A stretch of 64,000 nucleotides of DNA from Balanoglossus misakiensis (Eukaryota; Animalia; Hemichordata), in NCBI GenBank assembly GCA_040954595.2, contig CM082594.2, positions 3,085,319 through 3,149,318 on the forward strand, in the 5' to 3' direction. Both the position numbers and the translations under genes were made by a program. Shown piece after piece: positions 1-13,700 of the stretch. A model generated the notes under the pieces. That model was not told where the DNA came from and did not search any database. It worked only from the letters and a program-made list of their open reading frames with translations. Each line of letters opens with the position of its first letter. Position 1 is the first letter of the stretch.

Positions 1-1504
1 AGCAGCAAGTCCTCGTTTACACGAAACTCGAGTCATTTCATCAGGCCCACGATATTGTGAAAGACCAACTCAAAGCGATCCTGGGTGACATGAAATTCAT
101 CGTCGTCACGTACACCAGGGATTCGTCTTGGCAGAGGAACGACCAGTTTAGCGCCGTGACGCCTGTTGTGGTTTTAGACACAAGGCAAACGAGGGTCCTC
201 CTGACTCCAACCGACAGGGACCGATCGGTTGATCACTGGGATGAACTCAGAGAACTGTCCACGACCATGTCAAAGCCTCGAGGTAGGTCATATATGCTTC
301 AACCATACGCAGTGTAAATTAGCAGTAGTCACACGCCAACTGACTACTAATTGCTCCTTACTGACTACTAACTTTACAAAATGGTAGTCACCACTGACTA
401 CCGGTAGGTGCAGCCGTCTCAGCTGTGTTATTGAATAGGTAGATGATTGCACTGACATGTGTCAATGCTGTATTACTGTCAGCATACATGCTGCTGAAAA
501 AATCTACAGTGAACTCCTTTGATTCCACAAGAATATATATTACTATTCGAAGAAATTCTGACTACCAAGTTTGCGTGGCTGACTACCAATTTATAAATGT
601 GGTGGTCACAACTGACTACCAAGGTAAAATGTTAATTTCGAGCCCTAGAAATACACCACAAACATAGGTTGTAACACCTGCCCAGGCCCAGCACCGGCGC
701 TACACCGCCGCAAACTATGGAGTTTGAATCTCGGCCTGACTGCATGTATTTGGTGCCCCAGTAGTATAAACAAGACAACAGTCTGCTTGCTATCTGACAT
801 CTAAGGTGTGGAAACAACCACCCAAAGGCAAATACGGTATATATCAAATTTTCAACCATGGAGATAATATTATGAGACCCATACATCGGTATTTTTAGTT
901 TAACAGAAAAAATGTGCATTGTTTTTTAAATAAGTTCGTTGAGAATTATTCTTAACCAGCAACCCGCCTCTAATTTACAGGTTCGTTTCTCGTCGTCTTT
1001 TATGGGGACAGGAAATCAGAAAATTTAGCAGAGGGAAAAATTGTTTCTGACCACTTTCTGAAAATCTGGTCGTACAGGGATAGATTCGCAGTATGCCTTG
1101 CAGCGAAGGGAAGATGTTTTTCTCTCTGGCAAGAATTTAATGCAACTCAAAAGTCTGCCTTGAGAAGATATTTCGAAGAAATTGTCGTTTTGCCCAGAAT
1201 GATGTACGAATGCAACATATTGGTGATTGGGAACGACAGTCAATGTAAACAATATAAGGAATATTTGGAATCTCACACGCTACTGTTCCAGACAGAGGAT
1301 TTCGACACAAAATCCCATCTCATCGAAAGGCGTAATACGATGCACTTTCCCAACACAAAGGATCAAAAAGTCAAGAACATCCTAAAGACTTTCTATGACA
1401 AAACAAACACTTGGTCAAAGACAGAGGCCTGCAAGATAGGAACAAACTATGCGGCATTGTATCAGATTGTAAGTCGGATTCCTTCATCCAATCAGAGCTC
1501 CTAG
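1..1504 (+). pseudogene. Gene A copy 1 (A1), truncated; exons <1-282 and 981-1504
   Basis: Near-identical to exons 1-2 of the copies at 22683 and 41121; the ATG would lie just before the window start. TAG at 1502-1504 replaces the TGG of the paralogs, then homology stops at a repeat insertion. Exons 3-5 are not found downstream. Confidence 0.8.
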
Positions 1505-1508
1505 TCTT

Positions 1509-2640
1509 CTAAGGGACCGTTCAGTTTTTACGGCGGTGGGGGGGGGGGGGTCGGCAAGTTTGTGTCATCGGTTTTCAAAATCAGGCCGACCCCCCCTTCA
1601 CCCAGCACCAAAAAATGATGACCCCCCCTTTGACAGACCCAAAAATATGCTGACCCCCCCCCCCCCACGCTGAAAGCTTTCGCCGTCCTGATCATATGTA
1701 CACTGTATGCAATAAAGGGAATGAGGCTCCTCACACCTCAATTATAAATTTCTTAAAAGTAATTGAATTATATAATAATATCGTTGCAATAAAGAAATCT
1801 ATGAACAAAATAAAATGACAAATCAATACAATAGTTGCTAGAATAGTAAAAACAAGAAAAGTGGCGGGGGTGGGCGTGGGAGGGGGTGTCCCCCTCCCAC
1901 ATAAGAAAATTTTGTAAAATACGGTGCTCAAAGTTGCATTTTAATGAACTCAAAAGCATATTAACTCAATGTTAGGCATGACAAATTTTGATTTTGCCAC
2001 TCCATTCAAAGTAAGTGTGACGGAACGGTCGGTCACTATGGTGATATAACTTTTGATTGACGGGGCCGTCTACCTCCACGTGGTAGACATGCATCTCTTT
2101 GATATACTCAGCATTTGTAGGTCGAGCACATTATATTCGAAATAGGTCTCGACATGCGACATTACGTCATGTTCTAGACGAAAAGGACCCACATTTCGTG
2201 TCAGCTATTATTATTTTAATTACTACCAGAAACGGCGCGAAATATGCAAATCAAAAGTTGGTAATTAGCCTAGTTTTGAGGGTTTTCAGTCAGTGTGGAC
2301 CAAGACTTCGCAGCCCTTTTGATGTGCGATTATTCGATGTCTTCGTGATAAAGTTGAACTGTTGTAGTTCTAAAAGTATTTCGTTGTATCGAGGTTGATG
2401 TTCTTGTGGACTGTGGGTCGTTAAGCCCACGGATAGTACCACTCTCTCTCATAATGCGACGCGAACCCAATTATTCGTTAATCTGAGAGAAAAACATAGC
2501 AGTTCTCCGATCCAGTAAGGACATAAGCATAGGGGCGGGGTGGGAATAAGTCTGCCCTGGTACAATAGACAAACCAGCGAATAAATGATATGTTGCGAAG
2601 AATGGAGGGGGTGGGTGTGGGAGGGGGTGTCGAACTTATT
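1509..2640. mobile_element. Interspersed repeat fragment (G/C-run rich) at the A1 truncation point
   Basis: Segments 1900-1970 and 2565-2630 match 23470-23545 and 23630-23695, an insertion in A2 intron 1 that is absent from A1 and A3. Boundaries approximate. Confidence 0.4.
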
Positions 2641-2680
2641 GACTGACCATCCATCCATTCTTCGGAACATGCACCACACG

Positions 2681-2734
2681 TCTGTCTGTCTGTTTGTTTG
2701 TCTGTCTGTCTGTTTGTTTGTTTGTTTGTTTGTT

Positions 2735-2766
<32 letters not shown>

Positions 2767-2813
2767 ACTCACTCACTCACTCACTCACTCACTCACTCGG
2801 ATCAGCTTTGGGA

Positions 2814-2854
<41 letters not shown>

Positions 2855-2890
2855 ATGCCACCCACCCACTCACTCACTCACTCACTCTCT
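2681..2890. repeat. Compound tetranucleotide microsatellite (TCTG)n/(TTTG)n/(TCAC)n
   Basis: Seen directly; it explains the CLSV/TDRQ/THSL ORFs. Confidence 0.95.
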
Positions 2891-3078
2891 CGGATCAGCA
2901 GTGGGATTTGAACTCTATTTGATCATCATAGAAATCGTTATCTAACCATACGCACGGCCCACTTATGGAATACTAAAGTTATCACATAGGTCGCTTGTTC
3001 AAACATTTTATTTCCTTAAGCGGGGGCTACCACTGATCTAAATATCTTGTACCCAGCGAAGCCTAGTCATCCGTAGAG

Positions 3079-6000
3079 TACGGCAACCGAGAAGGCTCAT
3101 GAAACAAGAATACTATTTGTGACTTTTTTTTTACTTCTTGTTCGTTTTTTAGCTTGAATTTTCTTTAACTTTGTTTTTAACTTTTAATTTCTGTTTAATT
3201 TTAACTTTAATTTTAACTTTAACTTTGATTTCGATTTCGATTTTGATTTACGAAATAAAAAACGATCTGAATTTTGATTTCGATTTCGATTTTGATTTCG
3301 ATTTCGATTTTGAATTTGATTTTGATTTCGATTTTGATTTCGATTTTGATTTTGATTTCGATTTTGATTTTGATTTCGTTTTTCCAACCTTTGAACTTTG
3401 ACCTTCGTGATTGTCACATGATACCTGTGGACCAATAAAAAAAGGCTTTATGCAAATATCCAGTATTGTTGAATCGGCTCGGAAGTGGGAAGACAAATCC
3501 CAGCAGACAAAACTCTGGCGTGGAACGTAGCAGACAAAATACGTAATCCACTTTAAAACTTCAGTTTTGGACAGTAGACTTAAATATTACCTCAATTAAA
3601 CTAATCGAAATTAAAATATCCTATATTTAGCTGGAAAAATCACGCTACGGATGGAAATCGCCGACGAAAAATATACTCCCTTCGCGACCGTGCGTTACAT
3701 CCTGGTTAAACATTGTGTACGAAAAATATACTCCCTTCGCGACCGTGCGTTACATCCTGGTTAAACATTGTGTAAAGTGTGAGGCCACTGTCCTTTATCG
3801 GCAAAACAATACACATGTACTTTTAAAACCACAGATGGTAGAAAAAAGACAGTATCTGTTAAAAGAAATTTAGAAACATTTATAATCTACGTAAATTGGG
3901 ATCTAAAAGACATTACATATTTCATTCAATAATCAGTTTACTTGCATAAATTATATAAATGTTTATGAGTACATGTACATATACCTGTAAATTAAAATTC
4001 AACTTTGATTTTAACTTTTACTTTGATTTTCTCCGCTCACGGTTGCTTAATTTGTAGAGTATGGCAACTAAGGCAAAAAAAAGATCGTTTCTGGTCAGCG
4101 CACGCATCACTTGGAAGTCCCCGCGTCGATCCTTTTTTTCCCCAACTGAACTTGTGTATAAACGTTAGCGAACTCGAAAAAGTCAGTTCGCCGCAAGATG
4201 AAAAGAAAACCTAAAATCATCCGCAGAAAGAGAAAATTCGTTAAAACGCGTGATGAATAACTGCATTTTCAACACTGATATATTGCAAAGCTGCATAGAA
4301 AGTTGACGATTTCACTGACTCTAGTAAAAAAAAAAAAAAAAAAATAATCGCGTCGCCGCAACATTTTTGAGAAATAGTCATGACCAGAAACATTTTTTTT
4401 TGGCCTAATAGTCTTAAGGAGGATCATAATGACAGTTTTATGTTGCGACTTACAGGTGATTCTCTGACCATACGAATAGAATGATGGGGCATTTACCACA
4501 TAATTTGGTAAAAACCATAACATGAAATATTATTTAGTTTCAAACTAAAATAATTAAAAAATGCTCAGAGCCTTTAAACTAGTCTATGATATTAACATAA
4601 AATTCATGGATTTACTCAAACATTTGCATTAAAATGTTAAATGTAACTGTACGGCTCTAAGGCACGTATAAGCAGTTTGTAGCTTCAAGTGTTATACCGA
4701 CCCATTGTCCCTGTCTCTACAAGTTGACCCCATCCTCGATCGGGATAGCTGAAAATCAGAGGTCAAATGTCAAATACGATTAAAAGCTGATTTTTGGCAT
4801 AAATTTTTCTAAATGTCTTTAATATTTTGCGTTCAATCATTGCACATTTAGTTACTCTTTCACATGAAATAAAATGTGCAAATCTGTTTTCAGTTTTAGT
4901 TTGATTTACGACACGATTTAATTTGAAAAACGATTTTGATTTTGATTTTGATTTCGTTTTTTCAACCGTTGAACTTTAACCTTCATAATTGTCACATGAT
5001 ATCTTTGGACCAATCAAAAAAGTCTTTATGCTAATAGCCAGCGTTGGTGTTTTTGACGTGATGCGACGCGTTTCATCGTGTTTTGGGATAGTCTTCGCTC
5101 AGAAATATCGTATCACGTAAGTTTTTAGTGTTTTAACTTCTCTGATTTCGCATGGCCGGGGTAAATCACGTGAATATAGGGAGGTCGGTACGGTGACCAT
5201 AGCAAACGATCTTGTCCCGACGGCATGATCACGGGCCCGGCACTTGCTAGCTGCATAGCCGTAGCGCGAGGTTTTGGCTGGGTTTGTGCATGTGGGTGGG
5301 TTGGCGTCCAACCCACAAGCCCAGCCAAAACCTCGAGCTACGGTTCTGCAGCTAGGCACATGCATGAGATGATTAGTATTGAACTAGCCATACTTGGCGA
5401 GTGTCCGGCTATGACATGGCCGCGCCGCCTCCACCTGTTTTGGTGCGGAGTTGTGAAGCGCTAGCGGCGCAGCCATTGCAGCTGCAGGACACTCTCCACA
5501 TTTACACGGCTACTATACTACGTTACGTACTACTAGTATACTACATACTATTACTATACTAGGATGCGCCAAGTTGCGAGCAAGTTCATATCAGTCGCCG
5601 TCGGGACGAAATCTACAGACAAAGCCTTCCATAACGATGGTTTAAAATGACGGTAGGTGGGATGTTTTACCCCCGGTCAAGAGCAATCAATGAGAGATAA
5701 TAAAACAGTAAAAACTTACGCGTACGATATTTCTGAGCGAAAACTCTCACGATGAACACGGTATCGAGTACGATGACAGCATATGCATGCAGCAGTGCTG
5801 GCTATTTGCATAAAGACTTTTTTGATTGGTCCACAGATATCACGTGATAGCTACAACGGTCAGAGTTCAAAGGTTAAAAAAACGAAATCGAAATCGAAAT
5901 CGAAATCAAAATTTAGATCGTTTTTCATTTCGTAAATCAAAATCGAAATCGAAATTCAGATCGTTTTTCATTTCGTAAATCAAAATCGAAATCGAAATAA

Positions 6001-6313
6001 AAATCAAAATTTAGATAGTTTTTCATTTCGTAAATCGAAATCAAAATCAAAATTTAGATCGTTTTTTATTTCGTAAATCAAAATCGAAATGGAAATCAAA
6101 ATCAAAATCTAGATCGTTTTTTATTTCGTAAATCAAAATCGAAATCAAAGTTAAAGTTCAAATTAAAGTTAAAATTAAACAGAAATTAAAAGTTAAAAAC
6201 AAAGTTAAAGAAAATTCAAGCTAAGATTTAAGTATAAACACAAAAACGAACAAGAAGTAAAAAAAAAAGTCACAAATAGTATTCTTGTTTCATGAGCCTT
6301 CTCGGTTGCCGTA
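3079..6313. mobile_element. Foldback-like non-autonomous element (~3.2 kb) with long terminal inverted repeats
   Basis: TACGGCAACCGAGAAGGCTCATGAAACAAG... at 3079 is the reverse complement of the end at 6313. The arms extend several hundred bp through (GATTTY)n arrays. No transposase ORF; TSD ambiguous (TA or imperfect GTAGRG). Confidence 0.7.
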
Positions 6314-7023
6314 GTAGGGAGAGGCTTTTTTCCGTGTCAACATGTCCTTGAACTTTGGGTAACCTAGGACGTTTCAAACGTAAATTCTGAACCCACACTT
6401 TCAAATGAATCGACAATATGTCACTCTTCCAATAACACAACATTTCAATACTAACACATTTTAATATCTAACACAATCAAAAGCCATACCCGGGAGAGTT
6501 TGTCTCTATGGGAAACTAACTATATCTTATGCTGACGTTGTCAATCCAAAATGGCGGTGCGCGATGCTGATTCACTGGTTCACACCAGTCTCCCCGTTTT
6601 ATGTGGCGCCATTCGCCCTGCTTTAGTCTGTACCCATACAGACTTTCGGAGTTTTCAGCAGGCTGCCATCAAAACGAGAATGCAGTTGATAAATGTAGAC
6701 CAATGAACTAGTTTAACCAACTGTTGCGCTTCTTTCGTTTTGCCAATCAAGCAGTCCTATCAAATATGTTGATGACCGGGCAAAGGTCATAGTCCCCTGG
6801 CGCTCGTGCGTGGCTCTTTAGTCTTATAAGTTTAGGCGAAAAGACGAATCGCAATAACGTGACTCCAGGTTTGGGCTGACTTTGTATCTGGCGTGAGGTC
6901 GTAGATGCGCATGCGTGTTTATATTTTTATGGGGGGGGGGGGGGAGAGCAGACAAGTCATTCAGTCTGCACTAGAACAACGCATTTTAGAGTGTTACAGT
7001 CGTCTGAGTCATAGCCTGTAAAC

Positions 7024-10020
7024 GATATCGCACAGAGTGAGGGTAAACTAGCCAGCCAAATCGCTAAAATAGCTGATAAAAAGAGACGAGAATAAAACTC
7101 ATGAAAACGAAAGAAAAAGAAAACTCGCGTACTAACGAATTTGTCCAGATAGAACGTTTCTAAAGGCCAAATTATTTTTACAAACATGTTACTGGTCTTG
7201 AATTATTACAGCAATATATCTAACATCCAACACGAATCGAAAGTTAAAGTACTTAGTTCGTGAATTTTATAGTTAGACACTTTGCTGTTCCTCATCTAAG
7301 AGTAAAAAACAATTAAATTTTGGTGCGATAACAGGTGATTGATTCATCGAAGCAGTTTATTTCCAACCTTGGTATTTTGAAAGTCCGGTGATGACATTCC
7401 TTACCAGAATCTAAATATTGCATGCGTTGAAATGTTTAAGGGTTATTTCAAATTTAGTCTACATTTTTGTCCCCTTGACCTGAAATCAATTTTTGGAGTC
7501 GTACCCAACAGTGTGCGCATAAGACGCTAAACTATGATGCTTTAAGCACTGAAGAAACTGTTGAAATATTCCACGTCTTAAAGTTTACCGTACCCTTATA
7601 CGTGTATACAGGTATAATGCATATTCTGGTCATACACATCATTATGTCTGGCTGTACGACAATTATCAGACCAACGAACCAGGTCAGGCGACTCGAACAG
7701 AAGCTACGATTTCACATACAAAGGCGCAAACTCATTAGTGTCGACTTGCTTGATGTATTTGTCTGAGTGGACCAGTCGAGGGCAAAGTACACCAGTGCAT
7801 CACGTGATCGGTTAAAGCCCTGTGAACGACTGTGTTTTCAGTAAAGGGTTTCTGGCCAGTGAAATTGTAAGATTTGTAACATTGTATTTCAAGATAGGCC
7901 TATAGGCCTACCGTTTTTGTATTTGTCCTTGAGAGGCACAGGTCGACACAAACTTACATTTAAGTATACTGCGGCGTATAGTAAGAACATTTATACCCTG
8001 CAATGGCGGATCTGCAGAAGAACCTGAACTCCGATATGCACAACAATAAAGAACAAACACCAATCCAAACTTTGATGTTTCTGACACAATTGCGTCTCGT
8101 CTGGTCAAATCTTATATAAATAGGTCAATCTCGATCACACCACAGGACATTAGACAGAGAACAGGTATTGGTAAATGAAAAACAACTTCCCGCTTACGTT
8201 TCTGACAAGATATTTCACAGGTTCCAATGTAAGCATGAAAGCGTATTTTGTTTATTTCCACGTGCTAAATTTGGCGACGCTTTCTACGAACTTTCTGCAC
8301 GTAGCCTTTGTATAGTCTATTCAGTGTTATTCTACGAATCAGTACAACGCGACCATAGTGTACCAATTACATATTTGAAGCCGCGCTGAAGGGACTGGTC
8401 CTGCTTTCAGTTGCTTTCAGAGAGTCGCAGCTATGCTGCTTACACGACCCGTGTAGCGCACTCTTTTTGGTCAACTGTGGAAATTTGCGTGGGTGACAGT
8501 ATGCCACTTATGTGATAGTGTCGAGAACCATTGCATCCGTATTATTTACCCATGACGTGCTTTCCCAATGAGTGTATACACGCGCTGCGCTGAACTTTGG
8601 GGTGGGGGTGTTCAGCAGCTGTGTCTAAAATGGGGCAAGCAGAATTCATATATTCAATAGGGATATAGGCCGTAAAGATTATTATAATATACCTCATGCG
8701 CTAATACTGTGTTGTGATTTGCCAGAATCCCTCAAGTGATAGGAAAATAGAATCGACTATGAATCCCTCTAGGGAAATAGCAGAAAAAATGTAAACCGGT
8801 CACGTGACCAGCGTGAGTGCGCAGACTCGGTCACGTCAATCAGTGTCGCGATATCACACAAAGTGAGGGTAAACTAACCAGCCAAATCGCTAAAATAGCT
8901 GATAAAAAAGAGACGGGAATAAAACTCATGAAAACGAAAGAAAAAGAAAACTCGCGTACTAACGAAATTGACTAGATAGAACGTTTCTAAAGGCCACATT
9001 ATTTTTAAAAACATGTTACTGGGTTATTACATTAATATATCCAACATCCAACATGAATCGAAAGTGAAAGTACTTAGTTCGTGAATTTTATAGTTAGTCA
9101 CTTTGCTGTTCCACATCTAAGAGTAACCCCCCAGTTAATTGTTGTTGCGATAACAGGTGATCGATTCATCCTATAAAGCAGTTTATTTCCAACCTTGGTA
9201 TTTTGAAAGCCCGGTGATGACCTACCTATCTGGTAAAGTAAAGGGTTTCTGGCCAGTGAAATTGTTAGATTTATGACATTGAATTTCAAGATATAGGCCT
9301 ACAGTTTTTGTATTTGTCCTCGAGAGACACAGGTCGACACAAACTTACATTAAAGTATACTGCGGCATATAGTAAGAACATTTTGCTTGTGCAATGGCGG
9401 AGCTGTAGATGAACCTGAACTCCGATATGCACACACAATAAAGAATAAACACTGAAGCGAGAAATCAATCCAAACTTAGATGTTTCTGTCACAATTTCGT
9501 CTCGTCTGGTCAAATCTTATATAAGTAGGTCAATCTCGATCACACCACAGGACAATGGACAGAGAACTGGAAATTGATAAATAAATACAAGTTCAGACTT
9601 TCGTTTCTGACAAGATATTTCACAGGTTCCAAAGTATAAGCATGCATGTATTAAGCGTATTTTTTTTCTGCTTGCTAAATTTGGCGACGCTTTCTACGAA
9701 CTTTCTGCACGTAGCCTTTGTATAGTCTATTCAGTGTTATTCTACGAATCAGTACAACGCGACCATAGTGTACCAATTACATATTTGAAGCCGCGCTGAA
9801 GGGACTGGTCCTGCTTTCAGTTGCTTTCAAAGAGTCGCAGCTATGCTGCTTACACGACCCGTGTAGCGCACTCTTTTTGGTCAACTGTGGAAATTTGCGT
9901 GGGTGACAGTATGCCACTTATGTGATAGTGTCGAGAACGATTGCATCCGTATTATTTACCCATGACGTGCTTTCCCAATGAGTGTATATACGTGCTGAAC
10001 TTTGGGGTGAGGTTGTCAGC
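7024..10020. repeat. Local tandem duplication (7024-8620 vs 8850-10020; partial third copy near 10255-10350)
   Basis: Collinear near-identical blocks, e.g. GATATC.CACA.AGTGAGGGTAAACTA at 7024 and 8850, and 8265-8620 vs 9675-10020; non-coding. Confidence 0.85.
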
Positions 10021-10763
10021 AGCTGCACAGAAGAGACTGAATATGAAATGTAAAGCATAACACAAATGTTTAATTGATACAATTAATCACAGTTAAGATT
10101 TGACAGCTTCTATGAGAACATTACAAATACAAATACTGTTTAAACTGTTTATTTTTAGGATTCCTGACCATATCACGCATGGTCACTTAAATATAACACA
10201 TTTTACGATATTTGGGCTTGATCGGTGGTAAAATAGGTTACCAGGCGGTGTGTTGAATCGAAAGTGAAAGTACTTCGTTCGTGAATTTTATAGTTGGACA
10301 CTTAGCTGTTCTACATCTAAAAGTCTACACAACGTTTAATTGTCGTTGCGATGTAATTATCGACATATGCATAATTATTTTAGTTAGTCCTTACATCTGA
10401 GACGCCTGTGGGACACATTAAACGGAGGTTGCTGAAAAGTTCTCGACAATCGCCAAAAAATGATAAACAAAAATAAAAAACGTCAGAAGATTAACATAAC
10501 TACACAGATAAAATAATTAGCATTATACTCTAGTCGCTATACTTACAATATAAAGAAATTGTCTAAGCAAGTCCGTTTAATAAGGGCAACCAATTGACAT
10601 GTTTTTAATACATGTAGTCCGATGTGTTTTTGGAGATTGTTAGAGATAGAATCACTAATCTTCGATCACATGGCTAGTGTGATAGGTTGCCTTTGAAGCT
10701 TTACATGCAGTATACATGTAGGCCTACCTGTGTGCAAATGTCATTGACATTATGTCAACATGT

Positions 10764-13700
10764 TTACGACTGGAACTTGTATCTTTTGGACCTGGCTAAC
10801 ACATGCTTCAGCATAGAAAGGACGTAGGTATCTCGCTCTGATCCTTTCAGGTAGGTTCCTTTGCCTGACTTGTTGGAAAGAGGAAATATGTAGGTTTCGT
10901 CGATACCAGTGATCTCGGATAGTTCGGTAATCTTCCCTTTCAGTTCGTCGTCGTTTTGCAGTTCGTCAACATGTGTGATTACAGCCGCCACAGGGATGCC
11001 GTTTCCTGCGAAAAGGTTACATTTATAGAAATAGTAATCGTAAGGCCAGCAGAAAAATAACCGATTAGCATCAACCGTTTACCAAATCTCGCAGGATTTC
11101 CTCTCAGTCGGAGAATACGCGTTTTAGGGTTAGGGATTTGAAGTAGGGTTGTTCTGGTACCGGAAGCACGCCATTTTGTTCCGGCCTTAATTGCTAACAA
11201 TAAACGAACATGAAAATATTGGTAAACAAAGAAAAGCAGTATCAAGCAAACATACACACCGAAATAAGGAGGAAGAGCTCGTGCCACACCCTCTATACCC
11301 ACCTCTCTGTGCCCGCGCCTCGGCTACCACGAGATTGTTCAGTTTGTCCGGAGAAGCCGCACTCCCGTTGTGTACTATGACCACCATGTCAACCGGACTG
11401 CTCTTTGGCGACTTCGTGTAGGTCAGCCAGGCGCTGAAAACATTCGTGGATGCCCAGAAATCAGGGCTGACGTCCTTCGGAAAGGCGCCTTGCAGAATCC
11501 ATCGAATGACATCACGGACCTTCTTTTCGCCCTTCTCGTACTGGGGCAGTCCGTTGCCCGGAACATCCAGGAGATTGAAACAGTGGTTTCCGACTTGAAT
11601 TGGAGTTGATGATATAACGATTGTTCCAGCAGCTGTTCCTTTCCAAACATCTGCCAGGGGTGTGTCGACGTCCGGTAAAACCTGCGAGGGACAGAGATGT
11701 ATAGGTTAAAGAGTTCATTCACGATTGAAACCCAAGACCTGAAGGCTAAGCTGAGGCCAACAAATGATATGTGCTGTTCCGATTACATGGTTTTCAAAAA
11801 TAGGGTAGGTAGGTAGGGATTTTTTTTTATTTTGCGATTTTTTTATATCTCTGGCCGCCATAGTGTAGAAAATGACGTCATGGTTGTTCGCGCGATTTCG
11901 TCATAGCTCTCGCGTGATTCACGCGATTTTCATCTTTTTCGCAAATTTCACATCGTTAATTTTATTGCCGGGTTTAAGAAGCTCTAAAACGTTTAGGGTC
12001 GGCGGGTTAAAATTAGGGTAGGTCGGTTAATCGGAACAGAACATATTTTTTTTTGCCCAAGCACATGTAAGCTCATCATCCCGAAGAGGGATGGGAAACT
12101 GATATATGTGTCGCTCTACTATGTTTTGAAGCGAATTGCAGAATTCGGGCACAGCGCAGAAAAAACATCTCACCTCTCCGATTGTGTTGATTGTTGAAGA
12201 TTTCCCATGTCCAGGTGCACCAAAGAAAGCAATCGTTTGGCCAACACACAAATTTTCAATTTCATCTGTAAGACATAATCGGTAGACTATTGTTGCTACA
12301 GGGAATAACGACCTTTTTACCCTTCTATAGAATTATTATTTGATTTGAATCCCTGGCACGAATGAAAAAAAAAATCTATTTAAGGATGTACGTTCAGTAA
12401 AATTGAAAGTATTGTAATTTTTTTAATTGTGGATTTTTGGAATCTCCTGTGTATGTATAATGAAAATCTGTAATAAAATATAGGGGTCACCGCGCTTGTT
12501 TTTGATATACAGAGCCATGAATGTAGTCGATAATAGAAGAAAACTGCTGACTCGGCATTTTTCACCAATGGTTTGTCTATGGGCAAATGTTTTAACGCAA
12601 TTTATCTCAAAATAGAGCGCGGTGACCCCTATATTTTATTTGACCAATGAATTTAAATTTACTGGACTGAGCTTAGTGTGAAATTTCGTGAAAATGACAA
12701 AAGTAGAAGTTTGTTTTCTAGCAATTATCAATATAATCCTATGGGGAAAAGTCGGGTGCGCGCAGTTTTCCGGTTTATGTTCTGCGCGTACATCCTCAAG
12801 AAGGCAAGAATTGACAAGTGCTTTGGCCTTGCTTACCGATTGTCACTGTTTTTATTGTTTTTTGTTCCATGCGAAACACTATCACTTGGTCTCGTAAGCC
12901 ATGAAGGGAGTCGTACGGTTCCATTGGTGTTGGGACATCACCGGTTTTTTGGCCAGGTCTAATCAAAACCATGGTCTTGTCAGGATCGTCCAATTTTCTG
13001 GCGTCTTGCAGAGACAACCCGAAGCGAGTGACGTCATTCTTGATGTCCTTAATTACATCGAGCACGGTGTCGTTTTCCCAACAGACGATAACTTCAGCGC
13101 TTCTGGAGTTTTCATGTCTGACATACAGTTTGATACCTGTGAGATTGGGATGCGACAAACATTGGTCTGATGAAAACTGCGTGCTTCATCCGATGGGCAA
13201 GAATACAGTTTAGGCCAAATAAAAAAATATGTGCTCTTCCGATGTACCCGACCTACCTTAATTTTGGCTCGCCGACCCTAAACCTTTTTAGAGCTTCGTA
13301 AACCGGAAGTAAAAAATAACGACGTCAAGTATACAAAATTTATGAAAAGTTCGAGAATCATGCAATAACTATGACGTCATTCTTCTTCACTACGGCGGTC
13401 AAAGACATATATAAACAAATCAAAATAAAAACATTTCTCCACCTACCTACCCTATTTTTTAAAACCATGTAATCGGAACAGCACATATTTAGGGCCCAAG
13501 CGCATGCTGCGCTTGGGCCCTATTGGTATTATCCTGGTTTTTCTTCTTTTTTTTCTTGTGTAGTTTTTTCGGCCAATAGGATCTTGAAAACGGCTGAACC
13601 TACAAATTTCAAACTTGGGAAAATGGTGCAGGCCTATGAGAGCTGGTACAGTACCCTTGTGAATGTTTAATTAGTCATGTGACCTGTTGACCATATATGG

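Noticed and set aside
320-646. Clustered CTGACTAC motifs in gene A intron 1 as a regulatory array
   Set aside because: More simply explained as subterminal repeats of a degraded MITE (GCTCGAAATT...AATTTCGAGC ends are visible in the A3 copy at about 41464-41791).
2449-3496. ORFs with TDRQ, CLSV, FDFD or SKSK repeats (similar ones at 34111-34455)
   Set aside because: Translations of microsatellites.
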